The notes beneath the pieces are model-generated. The model saw only the letters and a program-made list of their open reading frames with translations, did no database searches and was not told where the DNA came from. Positions 19,081 to 28,528 of a stretch of 64,000 nt of DNA are shown here, one piece after another. The stretch is from positions 2,496,001-2,560,000 of the forward strand of contig CAXXWQ010000003.1 of NCBI GenBank assembly GCA_963674945.2, read 5' to 3'. The translations under genes were made by a program, and so were the position numbers. Within the stretch, counting starts at the first letter, position 1; each line of letters starts with the position of its first letter. Origin of the DNA: an uncultured Desulfosarcina sp. (GTDB lineage Bacteria; Desulfobacterota; Desulfobacteria; Desulfobacterales; Desulfosarcinaceae).

Positions 19081-20454
19081 CTACTTACCGTATACCCGCT
19101 GCCTGGCCTTGGCCGCCGCGACAAGCGGCGGCACCTGCTCGTCAACATAGTCATAGACCCGTGCCCGGTCCTTGCCCCTTGCCGGCCGCAGGATTCGTCC
19201 GAGATACTGCATGACCCGACCGCTGAACCGAATGGGAGTGGCAAGAAACAAGGTGGTGAGATCGGGACAGTCGAACCCTTCGCCGATCAACTGGCCGGTT
19301 GCGATCAGTACCTTTATCTTCCCTTTTTCGAGGCGTGCCAATACGGCTTTTCGTTCGTCGTTGCCAAGGTCTCCCGTGAGAAGCGCGGCTTCCACGTTGA
19401 ATTTGTATCGCAGTATGCCGCGAAGGGTTTCGCAGTGTTTTTTCCGGTCCGAAAGCACCAGACACACGCCATGATCCGACTGAACCGCATCGCGTATGTC
19501 CGAAGCGATGAGCCGATTGCGATCGTCATCGGCAGTGAGTTCAGACAACATTCGCGAATAGTCGTGAACCGGATCGAAAAAGGGGGCGAAGCGGGTTGTA
19601 CGAAAAATCACATCCGCCTTCACGATATGCCCATTTTCTTCCAGACGTCCTTTGTCCACCTCGTGGTGAACATCTCCGAGATACCAGAAGATGAGTTTGG
19701 AGAGATTGTCCCGCCGCCATGGTGTGGCCGATAGCCCCAGCATGTAATGACAGTCAAACGCCGTCACCGCCTCGGTGAAGGTGCGACTCGGTGTGCGGTG
19801 ACATTCATCAACGATGATATGCCCCACATGGGGGACGATCAAGTCCGTTGAACGGTAAAGGGATTGAACCAGGGCAACGGTGATGTGCTGACCGACTTTC
19901 TTCTTTCCTGCGCCGATCATTCCCACTTCGTCGGCGGCAATGCCGAGAAAACGTTCGATGCGTGAGACCCACTGAAAGGCCAGGTCCTTGGTATGCACCA
20001 CGACCACGGCCGGCTGTCGCCGCATTGCAATCAGATGCAGAGCCATGACCGTTTTGCCACTTCCCGTCGGGGCGCTGAGCGTTCCGAATTCTTTTTTGGC
20101 CATGTCCGTCACGGCATCGGTCTGAAAGGACTTGAGCGAACCGGAAAAAGAGAAATCGACCTGGGGCATCAACCGTCGCCGGTCGGTAATTTGATGAGAG
20201 ATATTCTCCCGTTTGAGATAGAGCAGCAATTGACGGGCATATCCCCTGGGAAGGGAGAGGCCGTCTTTCCCAAAACGCCGGTAAAATCGAAGGTTTTTTT
20301 TCGTCTTTCGGTTCCATCGTCCCATGCGTTCGTTTTCGATCCACTTGGGATTGATCATTTGAAACCGGTTTACCAGCATCTCCAGCAGGGCGGACGGCGT
20401 GTTCCGAAGCCGCAAATTTCGGTCGATGACAATGTTTAGTTCGCCGTTATCCAT
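19081..20454 (-). CDS. Superfamily-2 DExH helicase (ResIII/XPB/RadD-like)
   Basis: APTGSGKT, IIVDECH, GLSATP, EGFDCP, QYLGRILR. Confidence 0.9.
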   Translation of the reverse strand: MDNGELNIVIDRNLRLRNTPSALLEMLVNRFQMINPKWIENERMGRWNRKTKKNLRFYRRFGKDGLSLPRGYARQLLLYLKRENISHQITDRRRLMPQVDFSFSGSLKSFQTDAVTDMAKKEFGTLSAPTGSGKTVMALHLIAMRRQPAVVVVHTKDLAFQWVSRIERFLGIAADEVGMIGAGKKKVGQHITVALVQSLYRSTDLIVPHVGHIIVDECHRTPSRTFTEAVTAFDCHYMLGLSATPWRRDNLSKLIFWYLGDVHHEVDKGRLEENGHIVKADVIFRTTRFAPFFDPVHDYSRMLSELTADDDRNRLIASDIRDAVQSDHGVCLVLSDRKKHCETLRGILRYKFNVEAALLTGDLGNDERKAVLARLEKGKIKVLIATGQLIGEGFDCPDLTTLFLATPIRFSGRVMQYLGRILRPARGKDRARVYDYVDEQVPPLVAAAKARQRVYGK

Positions 20455-20485
20455 ATTTCACCAAAAGATGCCAGCGATACGGAGA

Positions 20486-20668
20486 CTAATGGAAAAACCG
20501 AAGATAAACGGGGATCATGAGGGTGATGATGATCAAAATGCCGGGGACTGTCAGGTAGGGGGCGTACCAGGGTTTTTTCGATGCTTTTGCCTTCTTGACT
20601 TCGGAAAGAAACCAGTTTCCCAGAAAAAACGCTGCCAGGAGAATCGGAATGGCTTTGATGATGGTCAT
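20486..20668 (-). CDS. Small hypothetical membrane protein
   Basis: 60 aa with two hydrophobic segments. AAGGAG upstream. Lies just downstream of a near-consensus promoter. Confidence 0.65.
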   Translation of the reverse strand: MTIIKAIPILLAAFFLGNWFLSEVKKAKASKKPWYAPYLTVPGILIIITLMIPVYLRFFH

Positions 20669-20711
20669 GATCGATAAAAACTCCTTTCATCGCATTCGTC
20701 TTTGGGCGGTT

Positions 20712-20740
20712 ACTATAGGTAATCATCTGCGGCGTGTCAA
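20712..20740 (-). promoter_or_regulatory. sigma70 promoter
   Basis: Minus strand TTGACA, 17-bp spacer, TATAGT. Confidence 0.7.
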
Positions 20741-20759
20741 AAGATAAATGATGGGGATT

Positions 20760-20880
20760 GACGGCTTCGTAAAAAGCGTTTCCATGCCAACCATGGCCAA
20801 AAAATCGTATGCAAAAAAACTCGTTAGTATTTTCTTTGCAGATGGACGGAAACGAGGAAAAAGCTTTTTACGAAGCCGTC
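20760..20880. mobile_element. MITE-like element family B, 121 bp
   Basis: Perfect 18-bp terminal inverted repeat GACGGCTTCGTAAAAAGC/GCTTTTTACGAAGCCGTC. Related copies at 61978-62097 and about 62929-63047. Confidence 0.75.
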
Positions 20881-20961
20881 CGAAATCCGACTCTTCATGG
20901 GTTTATCACGGATGGGGAAAGCAAAAAATATAAGTCCAGGGGGTTGATTTTCTCTACAGCG

Positions 20962-21420
20962 TCACGTTTCCGTTACAATGATTCGACTGGAAATCAGACC
21001 GTGAAAATAGCGGCCATCGGCGCTGGAAAAACGCCAGCCCATATGAACGTGGCAGTTGGCGCATACCGCGATTCGCCAGACATATCCCCTAAACCAGGTG
21101 AATTCGGGTGATGCCGGTCCGATGTAACCGCATCCCCATGCCTCCCGGTAGCAGACGATTTCGAAGACGATTCCATCCGGGTTGGCAAAGGTGTGTGCGT
21201 AGGAACCATCGATGAATTTTTGCTGCTCAGGAGAGGTAATCACATGGAGGCATTGGCGGCATAGTACGAGACCGTGATGCGCCGACGAAGTCTTTTCAGC
21301 GGGACCGGTTCGAGGCTTTCCCTGGTTCGATTTCGAATTGGGCCGAAAGAAAAACGTCGGTCCCTGTCGTGCTTGTAAGGGGGAACAAAAGGTCTTTGAC
21401 CCTATCAGGATAGCATCCAT
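20962..21420 (-). CDS. Cereblon-like (CULT/Yippee-fold) protein
   Basis: CRQC and CANC zinc pairs, FANPDG, FTWFRGYVW..HMGWRF aromatic cage. Confidence 0.88.
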   Translation of the reverse strand: MDAILIGSKTFCSPLQARQGPTFFFRPNSKSNQGKPRTGPAEKTSSAHHGLVLCRQCLHVITSPEQQKFIDGSYAHTFANPDGIVFEIVCYREAWGCGYIGPASPEFTWFRGYVWRIAVCANCHVHMGWRFSSADGRYFHGLISSRIIVTET

Positions 21421-21557
21421 GTTTTACAGGGGTGGTTTCGTCCGGTCGTCGGCACCATTTTCTTGGACCCGAAAGTGGAGTGGCTGTAGGATTCGTATGA
21501 TCATGGGCAGATGCGGCAACCGGTTTCCGGAAAGACACGATACGTAGGTTGTGCTTA

Positions 21558-21842
21558 TCAGCCGTTGAGTCGGTCCACCCGTTCCTTCAACTCTTTTCCG
21601 CACCTGAAGAAAGGCAGACGTTTTGCCTTGACCATTACCGATTCACCCGTTTTGGGATTTCTTCCCTTGTACGCACCGTATTCCTTGACGAAAATGCTGC
21701 CAAATCCGCGTATTTCGACCCGATCGCCGTTTGCCAGTGCGTTTGTCATTTCCCCGAAAAATAGATCGATCACCCGCTCGGCTTTTTCCCGAGAAAACCC
21801 GTTCTTTCGTTTCAATGCCTCGATCAAATCTCCCTTGTTCAT
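21558..21842 (-). CDS. ihfB: Integration host factor beta / HU-family DNA-binding protein
   Basis: MNKGDLIE, GDRVEIRGFGS, GRNPKTGE, PFFRCGKELKERV. Confidence 0.85.
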   Translation of the reverse strand: MNKGDLIEALKRKNGFSREKAERVIDLFFGEMTNALANGDRVEIRGFGSIFVKEYGAYKGRNPKTGESVMVKAKRLPFFRCGKELKERVDRLNG

Positions 21843-21874
21843 GCGCCCCCCATTGTATCGTGAATTATATCAGT

Positions 21875-21903
21875 ATCGTAAAAGTAAAATTGTGGATTGT
21901 CAA
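21875..21903 (-). promoter_or_regulatory. sigma70 promoter for ihfB
   Basis: Minus strand TTGACA, 17-bp spacer, TACGAT. Confidence 0.6.
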
Positions 21904-22000
21904 CGACCTGATCCCCATGGGAACCATTTTTTCCGATTACAAAACCGTCAGACCAAGGATCATCCTGACAGATACCCCATCGTCCATGAACCATGGGATG

Positions 22001-22465
22001 TCACTTGCCTGTGTAATATCCGTTGTTGAATTTGGCGATTTCCGTCGATGTCAGCAAAATGCATTGGTCGACGATATTCGTCAGCACATCCTGCGCTGCC
22101 ATATCTTTCGATGAGAAACGCAAAGATTCAGTCTGAGAACCCATCTTTTCCACCAATGGCCAGATATCTTTCAACGTATTGGATTCAGACGATAGTTTTT
22201 GCTGATACACGTCCAGGGTATCGATCAACTGCGACACCTCTTCCACGATAGAGGAAGATGCTGTCTTCGTATCGTTAAGAAATTGGACTGGACGGATCTG
22301 TGAAGCGACATTCACCGATTGTGATTGGTTGTCATTTTTTTTCGTCTCTTGAACGGTATCATGCAAGATCCTGTCAAACTGGCAATTTTTATCCGTTTTC
22401 GGCCCTGCCTTGTTCACAGTTGCCGGAATATTGAAAATCGGCTTGTCAGCGTCGATGGTTCCCAT
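22001..22465 (-). CDS. Hypothetical protein
   Basis: ATG at 22465 with an AGGAG SD. Helical C-terminus ending EIAKFNNGYY. Confidence 0.65.
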   Translation of the reverse strand: MGTIDADKPIFNIPATVNKAGPKTDKNCQFDRILHDTVQETKKNDNQSQSVNVASQIRPVQFLNDTKTASSSIVEEVSQLIDTLDVYQQKLSSESNTLKDIWPLVEKMGSQTESLRFSSKDMAAQDVLTNIVDQCILLTSTEIAKFNNGYYTGK

Positions 22466-22802
22466 AGAGTTCTCCTGTTTCCTAATCATTCCTTTTTTGC
22501 CCGGCGCATCACATCGACGCGCATTTTCAACCTGTTAAAAAAATCTTAGCAATAATCATGCAAAAACGACATTTTTTTTCTATTTGATTTCTATACACAT
22601 TATCGCCCCTCCTCCTCAAAACGTAATGGTTTACGGTGAAAAATTTTCTTCTATCCCCGGTAAATTCTTCCCCGCGCAACATGTCTGCACGGCATATGAA
22701 AAACCGGTACACTGTACTCAATATTGTCATCAATTTTCCGAAAAATGAATCAAATATGCACAGATAAATTGTTTTTACCAATTAAAACTGCTGGTTATAT
22801 TT

Positions 22803-22818
22803 AGGTATAGTTCTTGCG
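22803..22818 (+). promoter_or_regulatory. Putative sigma54 promoter for the flagellar rod-like gene
   Basis: AGGTATAGTTCTTGCG has GG-N10-GC spacing, 40 bp upstream of the ATG at 22858. Confidence 0.5.
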
Positions 22819-22857
22819 TAATGTCAAGTAGGCGGATAACCAGGGAAAGGACAAGTC

Positions 22858-23214
22858 ATGATCACACAACTGAGTGCAGGGGTTTCGGCGCTAACGGCAT
22901 TCTCAAAAAAAATGCGTGTCACGGCCAATAACGTTGCAAATGTCAATTCAGACGGTTTTAAAAAGAGCCGAACCACCCTCGAGGAGGGACCGTCAGGCGA
23001 TGGCGTCCGTGCAAGGGTGAATGTCGTAAATACACCCGGGTATATGAAACAAGTTGAAAAAGACGGTGTATTGCAGGAAGTGGAGACTTCCAATGTAGAC
23101 CTTGCCGAAGAAATTCCAGGCTTGATCGCAACACAAGCGGGATACAAAGCCAACCTTGCGACGATCCGAACCTTGGACGAGATGATCGGATCGTTGTTAG
23201 ATACGATTGGCTGA
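22858..23214 (+). CDS. Short flagellar basal-body rod family protein (FlgC-like)
   Basis: ANNVANVNSDGF N-terminal motif and SNVDLAEE..YKAN C-terminal motif. Confidence 0.85.
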   Translation: MITQLSAGVSALTAFSKKMRVTANNVANVNSDGFKKSRTTLEEGPSGDGVRARVNVVNTPGYMKQVEKDGVLQEVETSNVDLAEEIPGLIATQAGYKANLATIRTLDEMIGSLLDTIG

Positions 23215-23228
23215 TGGAGACATATGCA

Positions 23229-23984
23229 CTATTTAATGCCTCGGGCGTTCTTGATCTGTTCCCACGCTTCCTGGATTTCTCGGAATTTATCCTGGGCGAA
23301 ACGGGTGAATTCATCGGGAAGTCCCTTTGCGGCAATTTTATCGGGATGATACTCCTGAACACGTTGCCGGTAGCAGCGCTTGACCTGTTCATCGGAATCT
23401 TCCGGCCGGCAACCCAAAACCGCATAGGCACTGTCCGCCGTTTGAATGTATTTTGATTTAAGCTGCTGATACCGGGAGGCGCTAAAATTGAACATTTTAA
23501 CTGCCGATAGGATCATCGACTCTTCCGCATCGGTCATTTTGCCGTCGGATACCGCCACCCGCAATAGAATGTCGACCATCAATTCGATCAATTGGGGCTG
23601 GCCGTGAAAATTACCGTAAAACTGACCGGCAAAATCGGCAAATGTCCCCGGCGCATTCAGGGCCGTCCGAAAAATGTTTTCGGCTGCATGCCGCCCCTGA
23701 GGATCCAACCGCAGATCCTTTTCCATGAACGATTCGATACTATCGATCTCCGCTTGGGTGACCCGGCCATCCGCCTGGGTGAGCTTTGCCAGCATGGAAA
23801 AGGCCGCGACGAAAAATGTCAATTGATGTTTTTCGACGGAGCTCAGTTGTGGGCGTCCACTGGCCGTGTCCAGTTCCACACCCGTATCGAAGGCATGTCC
23901 GAAAGTCGCCCCAAGTATGGCGCCAAGCGGCCCACCGAGTGCGAATCCGATGGTTCCGCCTACCAATTTCCCAGTCCACCCCAT
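23229..23984 (-). CDS. djlA: Co-chaperone DjlA (TM + TerB-like + J-domain)
   Basis: GGPLGAILG..GHAFD, ADGRV..EI, C-terminal J-domain with YHPD. Confidence 0.9.
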   Translation of the reverse strand: MGWTGKLVGGTIGFALGGPLGAILGATFGHAFDTGVELDTASGRPQLSSVEKHQLTFFVAAFSMLAKLTQADGRVTQAEIDSIESFMEKDLRLDPQGRHAAENIFRTALNAPGTFADFAGQFYGNFHGQPQLIELMVDILLRVAVSDGKMTDAEESMILSAVKMFNFSASRYQQLKSKYIQTADSAYAVLGCRPEDSDEQVKRCYRQRVQEYHPDKIAAKGLPDEFTRFAQDKFREIQEAWEQIKNARGIK

Positions 23985-24116
23985 GGGGCATTCCTCCTAT
24001 CTTCGTCCATAGTCATGGGTAAAGAGGTGAAAAATGAATATCTCGTACCATAATTCCGTTGGGTTGCCAACAAAAGGGTGGATCTGTAACAAAAGCATTG
24101 GATGATTAGAAATGTA

Positions 24117-24145
24117 TTGAACTTTGGATATCTTATTCGTAATAT
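24117..24145 (+). promoter_or_regulatory. Possible sigma70 promoter
   Basis: TTGAAC, 17-bp spacer, TAATAT. Confidence 0.35.
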
Positions 24146-24205
24146 TAAAAGTTAATAATTCGCCATGCACTTACTCCCATTTCATGCCACGAAAGGTTGT
24201 CACTT

Positions 24206-25030
24206 ATGTTGTCATGGTGGACCAATATGGAATCCGTCGCTGCGGCTAACGATTGGCTCTTAACGGCTACGATTTTATCTGCACTCCTGACAGGCATCCT
24301 CATCTTTGTGAAGGCCGGAAAACAGAAACATGACGTCGAAAGCCTCTCCAGTGCCCTCCGATCTTCCCGCAGACAGGTTAAGGCATTGGAAAAAGCGGCC
24401 GAGGAGATCCGGAAAGAGTTGCTTGAGATCCAACAGCATCAGGACATCAATCAGATCAAACTGCAAAGCAACCAATCTTCCACGCAGGAGTTGCAAAACG
24501 CCCTTGCCGAAGCGCAACATCGGTTGAAGATCACCGAAGCGGCTTTGAATGAAAGGAAGATCGCAGAAGCCGCCCTGAAGAAAAAGAGAACGGCAACCAC
24601 GACAAAAGGCCGTTCGACCGGGTTATCCCAGGAATTGGAAACCGTTGAGGACCTTATGATTGATGTGCAACCTGCCATCGGCCTCAGCGATGACCAGCAA
24701 GAACAATTGATCGGCCTTCTCGATCCGGGACCAAAAGGAAACGTCGACATCTTTTGTATTGTGGATGATGAAAATTCTGAAACGACGGCCAGACAACTGG
24801 AATCGATTCTCAGCTCCGACGGATGGAAAACCAATGGTGTCGCAAAAAGTGCGTTCACCAAACCGCCCAAGGGGGTGGTTTTGGCGGTAAACAGCAAGGA
24901 TACGGCCCCTTCTTATGCCTCGTTTCTGCAGCGGGTCTTCTCGACGATCGGGATGATTGTTTCCCCGAAGATAGACAAGAAATACCGGGAATGGTCACTG
25001 ACCATTATTGTCGGTGATATTGAGAATTGA
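24206..25030 (+). CDS. Hypothetical protein: N-terminal TM, coiled coil, alpha/beta C-terminal domain
   Basis: ORF (alternative TTG at 24197) with TM LLTATILSALLTGILIFV followed by a heptad-rich region. Confidence 0.75.
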   Translation: MLSWWTNMESVAAANDWLLTATILSALLTGILIFVKAGKQKHDVESLSSALRSSRRQVKALEKAAEEIRKELLEIQQHQDINQIKLQSNQSSTQELQNALAEAQHRLKITEAALNERKIAEAALKKKRTATTTKGRSTGLSQELETVEDLMIDVQPAIGLSDDQQEQLIGLLDPGPKGNVDIFCIVDDENSETTARQLESILSSDGWKTNGVAKSAFTKPPKGVVLAVNSKDTAPSYASFLQRVFSTIGMIVSPKIDKKYREWSLTIIVGDIEN

Positions 25031-25069
25031 TTGACCCAAAAATGAAACTTCAGCTATGGAAAAACACCC

Positions 25070-25741
25070 ATGACAGCAAATATTGCCTCTCAAGCAAGCG
25101 ATCCCCAGAACAACCCGATGCTTTCCCGATTGACCTTGACAGCCGCCGGTCTAACGATTTTTTTGGCTGTACTCTCTCTGATTTTTAGCAACCGACTGGA
25201 AACGCTGCGCGTTGAATACCAAGATACGATCCGCAAGGGGGTCGCAACAGAGGCAAATGCAGAGCTGAATTCCGTCACGGCAGAGTTAGATGCCATGAAA
25301 CAATCCATGGAAGCCGAAAAAACGACGAACGACAAGCTCAAGAAAAAGATTGCCGTCATCACGAAAGAGTCGGAGAAGATAAAATCGGAATTGGCGCTGG
25401 CACAAAAAACCATTAAAGAGCTCCGCTCGGCCGAAACGTCTGCCGAAACCATGGAATCGTTGCCTTTTTCCGATTCCCCCATATCCGATGGGTTGCCAAT
25501 GGAAACGCCCCCCAACCCGGATACGGAGTCGAAAGATCTTTTACCCGAATCACAAGTGCAACCTTCCGTTTCATCCCATTCTGCAAAAGAGCCGCAAAAC
25601 ACTTCTTTGACCGAAGAATCGGTGGCGCCCGCTGCTTTGCCAGTTGAACCGGCGGCCCCATCCATTTCCGAGTCAATCCGGCCGGAACCTTCCGCGCCGG
25701 AGGAAAATGAGATTGCGTCCGATTCGAACCAAACGCAGTAA
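25070..25741 (+). CDS. Hypothetical protein: TM, coiled coil, Pro/Ser/Glu-rich disordered tail
   Basis: 223-aa ORF with TM LTAAGLTIFLAVLSLIF. Confidence 0.7.
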   Translation: MTANIASQASDPQNNPMLSRLTLTAAGLTIFLAVLSLIFSNRLETLRVEYQDTIRKGVATEANAELNSVTAELDAMKQSMEAEKTTNDKLKKKIAVITKESEKIKSELALAQKTIKELRSAETSAETMESLPFSDSPISDGLPMETPPNPDTESKDLLPESQVQPSVSSHSAKEPQNTSLTEESVAPAALPVEPAAPSISESIRPEPSAPEENEIASDSNQTQ

Positions 25742-25943
25742 ACGCTAAACCTTCTATATCATTCCACGCTGCACGAAGATACTTGTCCTCGTCACCGTTC
25801 GCGCCGCTTCAAAGGCCGGGCATCATCGTCGAATACAGTAGCTTATCGAATCCGTGCTTCGCCGTTTGAGAGTTCCTCATGATCTTTTCCTGTTTGCCGA
25901 TATTGGTTTATAGTAAACCTTAGCGGAAAGGGAGATCGTTTCG

Positions 25944-27086
25944 ATGAAAGGTGACAATCTGGTATTTCTTGAAAATTTAGAGTGGTTCGACGAAAGCGGT
26001 CAGGAACTGGTACACCGTCTGCCGGAAAAAGGATCCGGTGAGATCAAATGGGGAGCCCAGCTGACACTACGGGAAAGCCAGGCAGGTGTATTCTACTATA
26101 AAGGTAAGGCAGTGGAGGCCTTCGGTCCCGGCCGTCATACGCTTACGACAGGTAACATCCCCTTACTGACAAAGATCGCCAGCCTGCCCTGGGGAATGAG
26201 CAGTCCACTAAGAGCGGAAGTCTATTTCGTCAACATGAAGGTCTTTACCAACCTTAAATGGGGAACAAGGGATCCGGTGGCCTTTAAGGATACGGAATTG
26301 GGACTGATCCGTCTGCGGGCATTCGGTGTATTCAATCTGCGGGTACTTCAACCGATACTGTTCATCAACACCATGGTGGGCACCCAGGGCATGTTTACCA
26401 CCGAAAGCATTGAAGAGTACTTGAATCGCGTCATCGTCTCCCGCTTTAACGATTATATGGGAGAAACCATCGACTCCATCCTTTCCCTGCCCGCCCAATA
26501 CGATGAACTGTCCCAAGGGCTTTCCAAGCGTCTGGAATCGGATTTTAAAAATTTCGGGTTGGGGCTCACCCACCTTTACATGAATGCCATCACACCTCCG
26601 CAGGAGGTTCAGAAGGCCATCGACGATCGAAGTCGAATGGGCGTCTTCGACGATATGAACAAGCTGATGCAGGTGAAGGCGGCCATGGCCATGGAGAAAG
26701 CCGCCGAGAAAGAGGGCGAAGGCGGCATGGGCATGGGAACGAGCCTGGGTTTGATGATGCCGGCCATGTTTGCCAACTATTTCAACGCTTCGAAACAAGG
26801 CAACGGCCATGGGGATTCGATGCCGGCATCTTACGAATCCACCACTTGCCAAGAGTGCCGATGCACCATTCCGGCCAATGCTAGATTTTGTCCCATGTGC
26901 GGTCATCAGCAGATCGTTTTTGACCAGTGCAGTCACTGCGGTAAAAATTTAGTTCCCAATGCACGATTCTGCTCCCGTTGCGGCCACCCGACCGAAGAAA
27001 AACCCGTTCCCATTTTTTGTGCATCCTGCGGGGCCGAAAATGTAGCCGGATCCAAATTTTGCACCAATTGCGGAGAAAAGCATTAA
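25944..27086 (+). CDS. SPFH (band-7-like, YdjI-type) protein with C-terminal zinc ribbons
   Basis: GAQLTLRESQ, FGPGRHTLTTGNIP, EVYFVN, KWGT, IRLRAFG, then six CxxC pairs. GGGAG SD. Confidence 0.9.
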   Translation: MKGDNLVFLENLEWFDESGQELVHRLPEKGSGEIKWGAQLTLRESQAGVFYYKGKAVEAFGPGRHTLTTGNIPLLTKIASLPWGMSSPLRAEVYFVNMKVFTNLKWGTRDPVAFKDTELGLIRLRAFGVFNLRVLQPILFINTMVGTQGMFTTESIEEYLNRVIVSRFNDYMGETIDSILSLPAQYDELSQGLSKRLESDFKNFGLGLTHLYMNAITPPQEVQKAIDDRSRMGVFDDMNKLMQVKAAMAMEKAAEKEGEGGMGMGTSLGLMMPAMFANYFNASKQGNGHGDSMPASYESTTCQECRCTIPANARFCPMCGHQQIVFDQCSHCGKNLVPNARFCSRCGHPTEEKPVPIFCASCGAENVAGSKFCTNCGEKH

Positions 27087-28314
27087 TTTTCTCATCGAAC
27101 ATCAATGCCCCCAATGCGGGGCACCGGCGACACTCGGCGAGACCGACCGATTGTTTCGCTGCGAATTTTGCAAGGTTACGTCATGCCTCGTGCCCCAAGG
27201 ATTCTTCCGGTATCTGCTACCTAACCGTGCACCCTACGATAAAGATCTGCTGTACGTTCCCTACTGGCGGTTCAAGGGCATGCTTTTTTCCTGTCTTTCC
27301 ACCGGGATCGAAAACCGATTCATGGATGTCAGCCATCTGGCGGTCCCGTCACCATTCTTTCCGGCCACCGTTGGACTTCGTAGTCAGGCCCTGAAATTGT
27401 CTTTTGTGGATCCAAAGGTGAAAGGTTGGTTTCTTCGCCCTACCCTTTTTTTTCATCAGGCAATGGAGATGTTCACACACCGTTTTAACCGTCATCATTC
27501 CGAAGATATTTTTCACCAGGCCCATATCGGTGAATCCGTAAGTATTTTGTATGCGCCATTTTATCTCGATGACGGTCTCGTCGATGGGGTGCTCAACCAG
27601 CCAATCCCGAAAGAGCCGGATACGATCTTCGATATCAACCAATTCACTGGGGGGCCGGCCGATTGGCGGGTCCGCTTCATTCCCACCTTATGTCCCGACT
27701 GCGGATGGGACATGAAGGGCGGTCACAAGGACGCCCTGGTCCTTTTTTGTAAAAACTGCGATACCCATTGGCAGGCGACCAAAAATGGCTTGGTCCGTGT
27801 CGAGGCAGCGCACATGCCGGGCAACGATGCCCAAGAGACCATCTACCTCCCCTTCTGGCGAGTCCGCGCAACCGTAACGGGGATTGATCTCTCCTCTTAT
27901 GCGGATCTCGTGAAAACCGCCAATCTGGCAAAAGCCGTCCAACCCGGTTGGGAAAAGCGACCCTTTTCCTTTTGGGGTCCTGCATTCAAAGTACGACCCA
28001 AAAGTTTTCTGCGTCTGACCCACCAGATCACCATGGTTCAACCGCGAGAAGAGTTGGTGGCCAGCGGCCCCAGAGGGAACGTCCACCCTGTAAATCTTCC
28101 CGTTTCCGAATCCATTGAGACCATGAAGGTGAACCTGGCCGGTATCATTCGGCAACAAAAGCACTTTGCAAAAATCATCGAAGCGATTCAGGTCACTCCG
28201 AAAAGCTACCTTCTGGTCTATTTCCCCTTTTCCGTACGTCACCACGATCTGGTTCAGCCGACCCTCAACATCGCCGTGAACCGTAATCAACTCGCCCTGG
28301 CCGGTAATCTATAG
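27082..28314 (+). CDS. Zinc-ribbon-containing hypothetical protein, probable ATT start
   Basis: The frame is open from 27046 and encodes CPQCG..CEFC upstream of the track's TTG (27151). It also has YVPYWR, CPDCG..CKNC and YLPFWR. Confidence 0.8.
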   Translation: MNFLIEHQCPQCGAPATLGETDRLFRCEFCKVTSCLVPQGFFRYLLPNRAPYDKDLLYVPYWRFKGMLFSCLSTGIENRFMDVSHLAVPSPFFPATVGLRSQALKLSFVDPKVKGWFLRPTLFFHQAMEMFTHRFNRHHSEDIFHQAHIGESVSILYAPFYLDDGLVDGVLNQPIPKEPDTIFDINQFTGGPADWRVRFIPTLCPDCGWDMKGGHKDALVLFCKNCDTHWQATKNGLVRVEAAHMPGNDAQETIYLPFWRVRATVTGIDLSSYADLVKTANLAKAVQPGWEKRPFSFWGPAFKVRPKSFLRLTHQITMVQPREELVASGPRGNVHPVNLPVSESIETMKVNLAGIIRQQKHFAKIIEAIQVTPKSYLLVYFPFSVRHHDLVQPTLNIAVNRNQLALAGNL

Positions 28315-28528
28315 TGTTTCTGTATTCGAATATGCTACGGCCCGGCGTGGTTTTTCCTTGAAAGCACGAAATTTTCGTGGTTGAATTCGGTAAGTGGAAA
28401 CTGCCTGCCGAGCCCCTTGAAAAGTGTTGAATCGGGGCATATCCGTTGTCGCTTCCTTTTGGCGCAATGGACACCGACCCGTGCCGGATGGAACATCTCC
28501 AATTTATCCTGCAACCAAAGGAGCGAAT

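Noticed and set aside
19081..20454. Type III restriction or defence system
   Set aside because: SF2 helicase only, with no methyltransferase or nuclease domain or neighbour.
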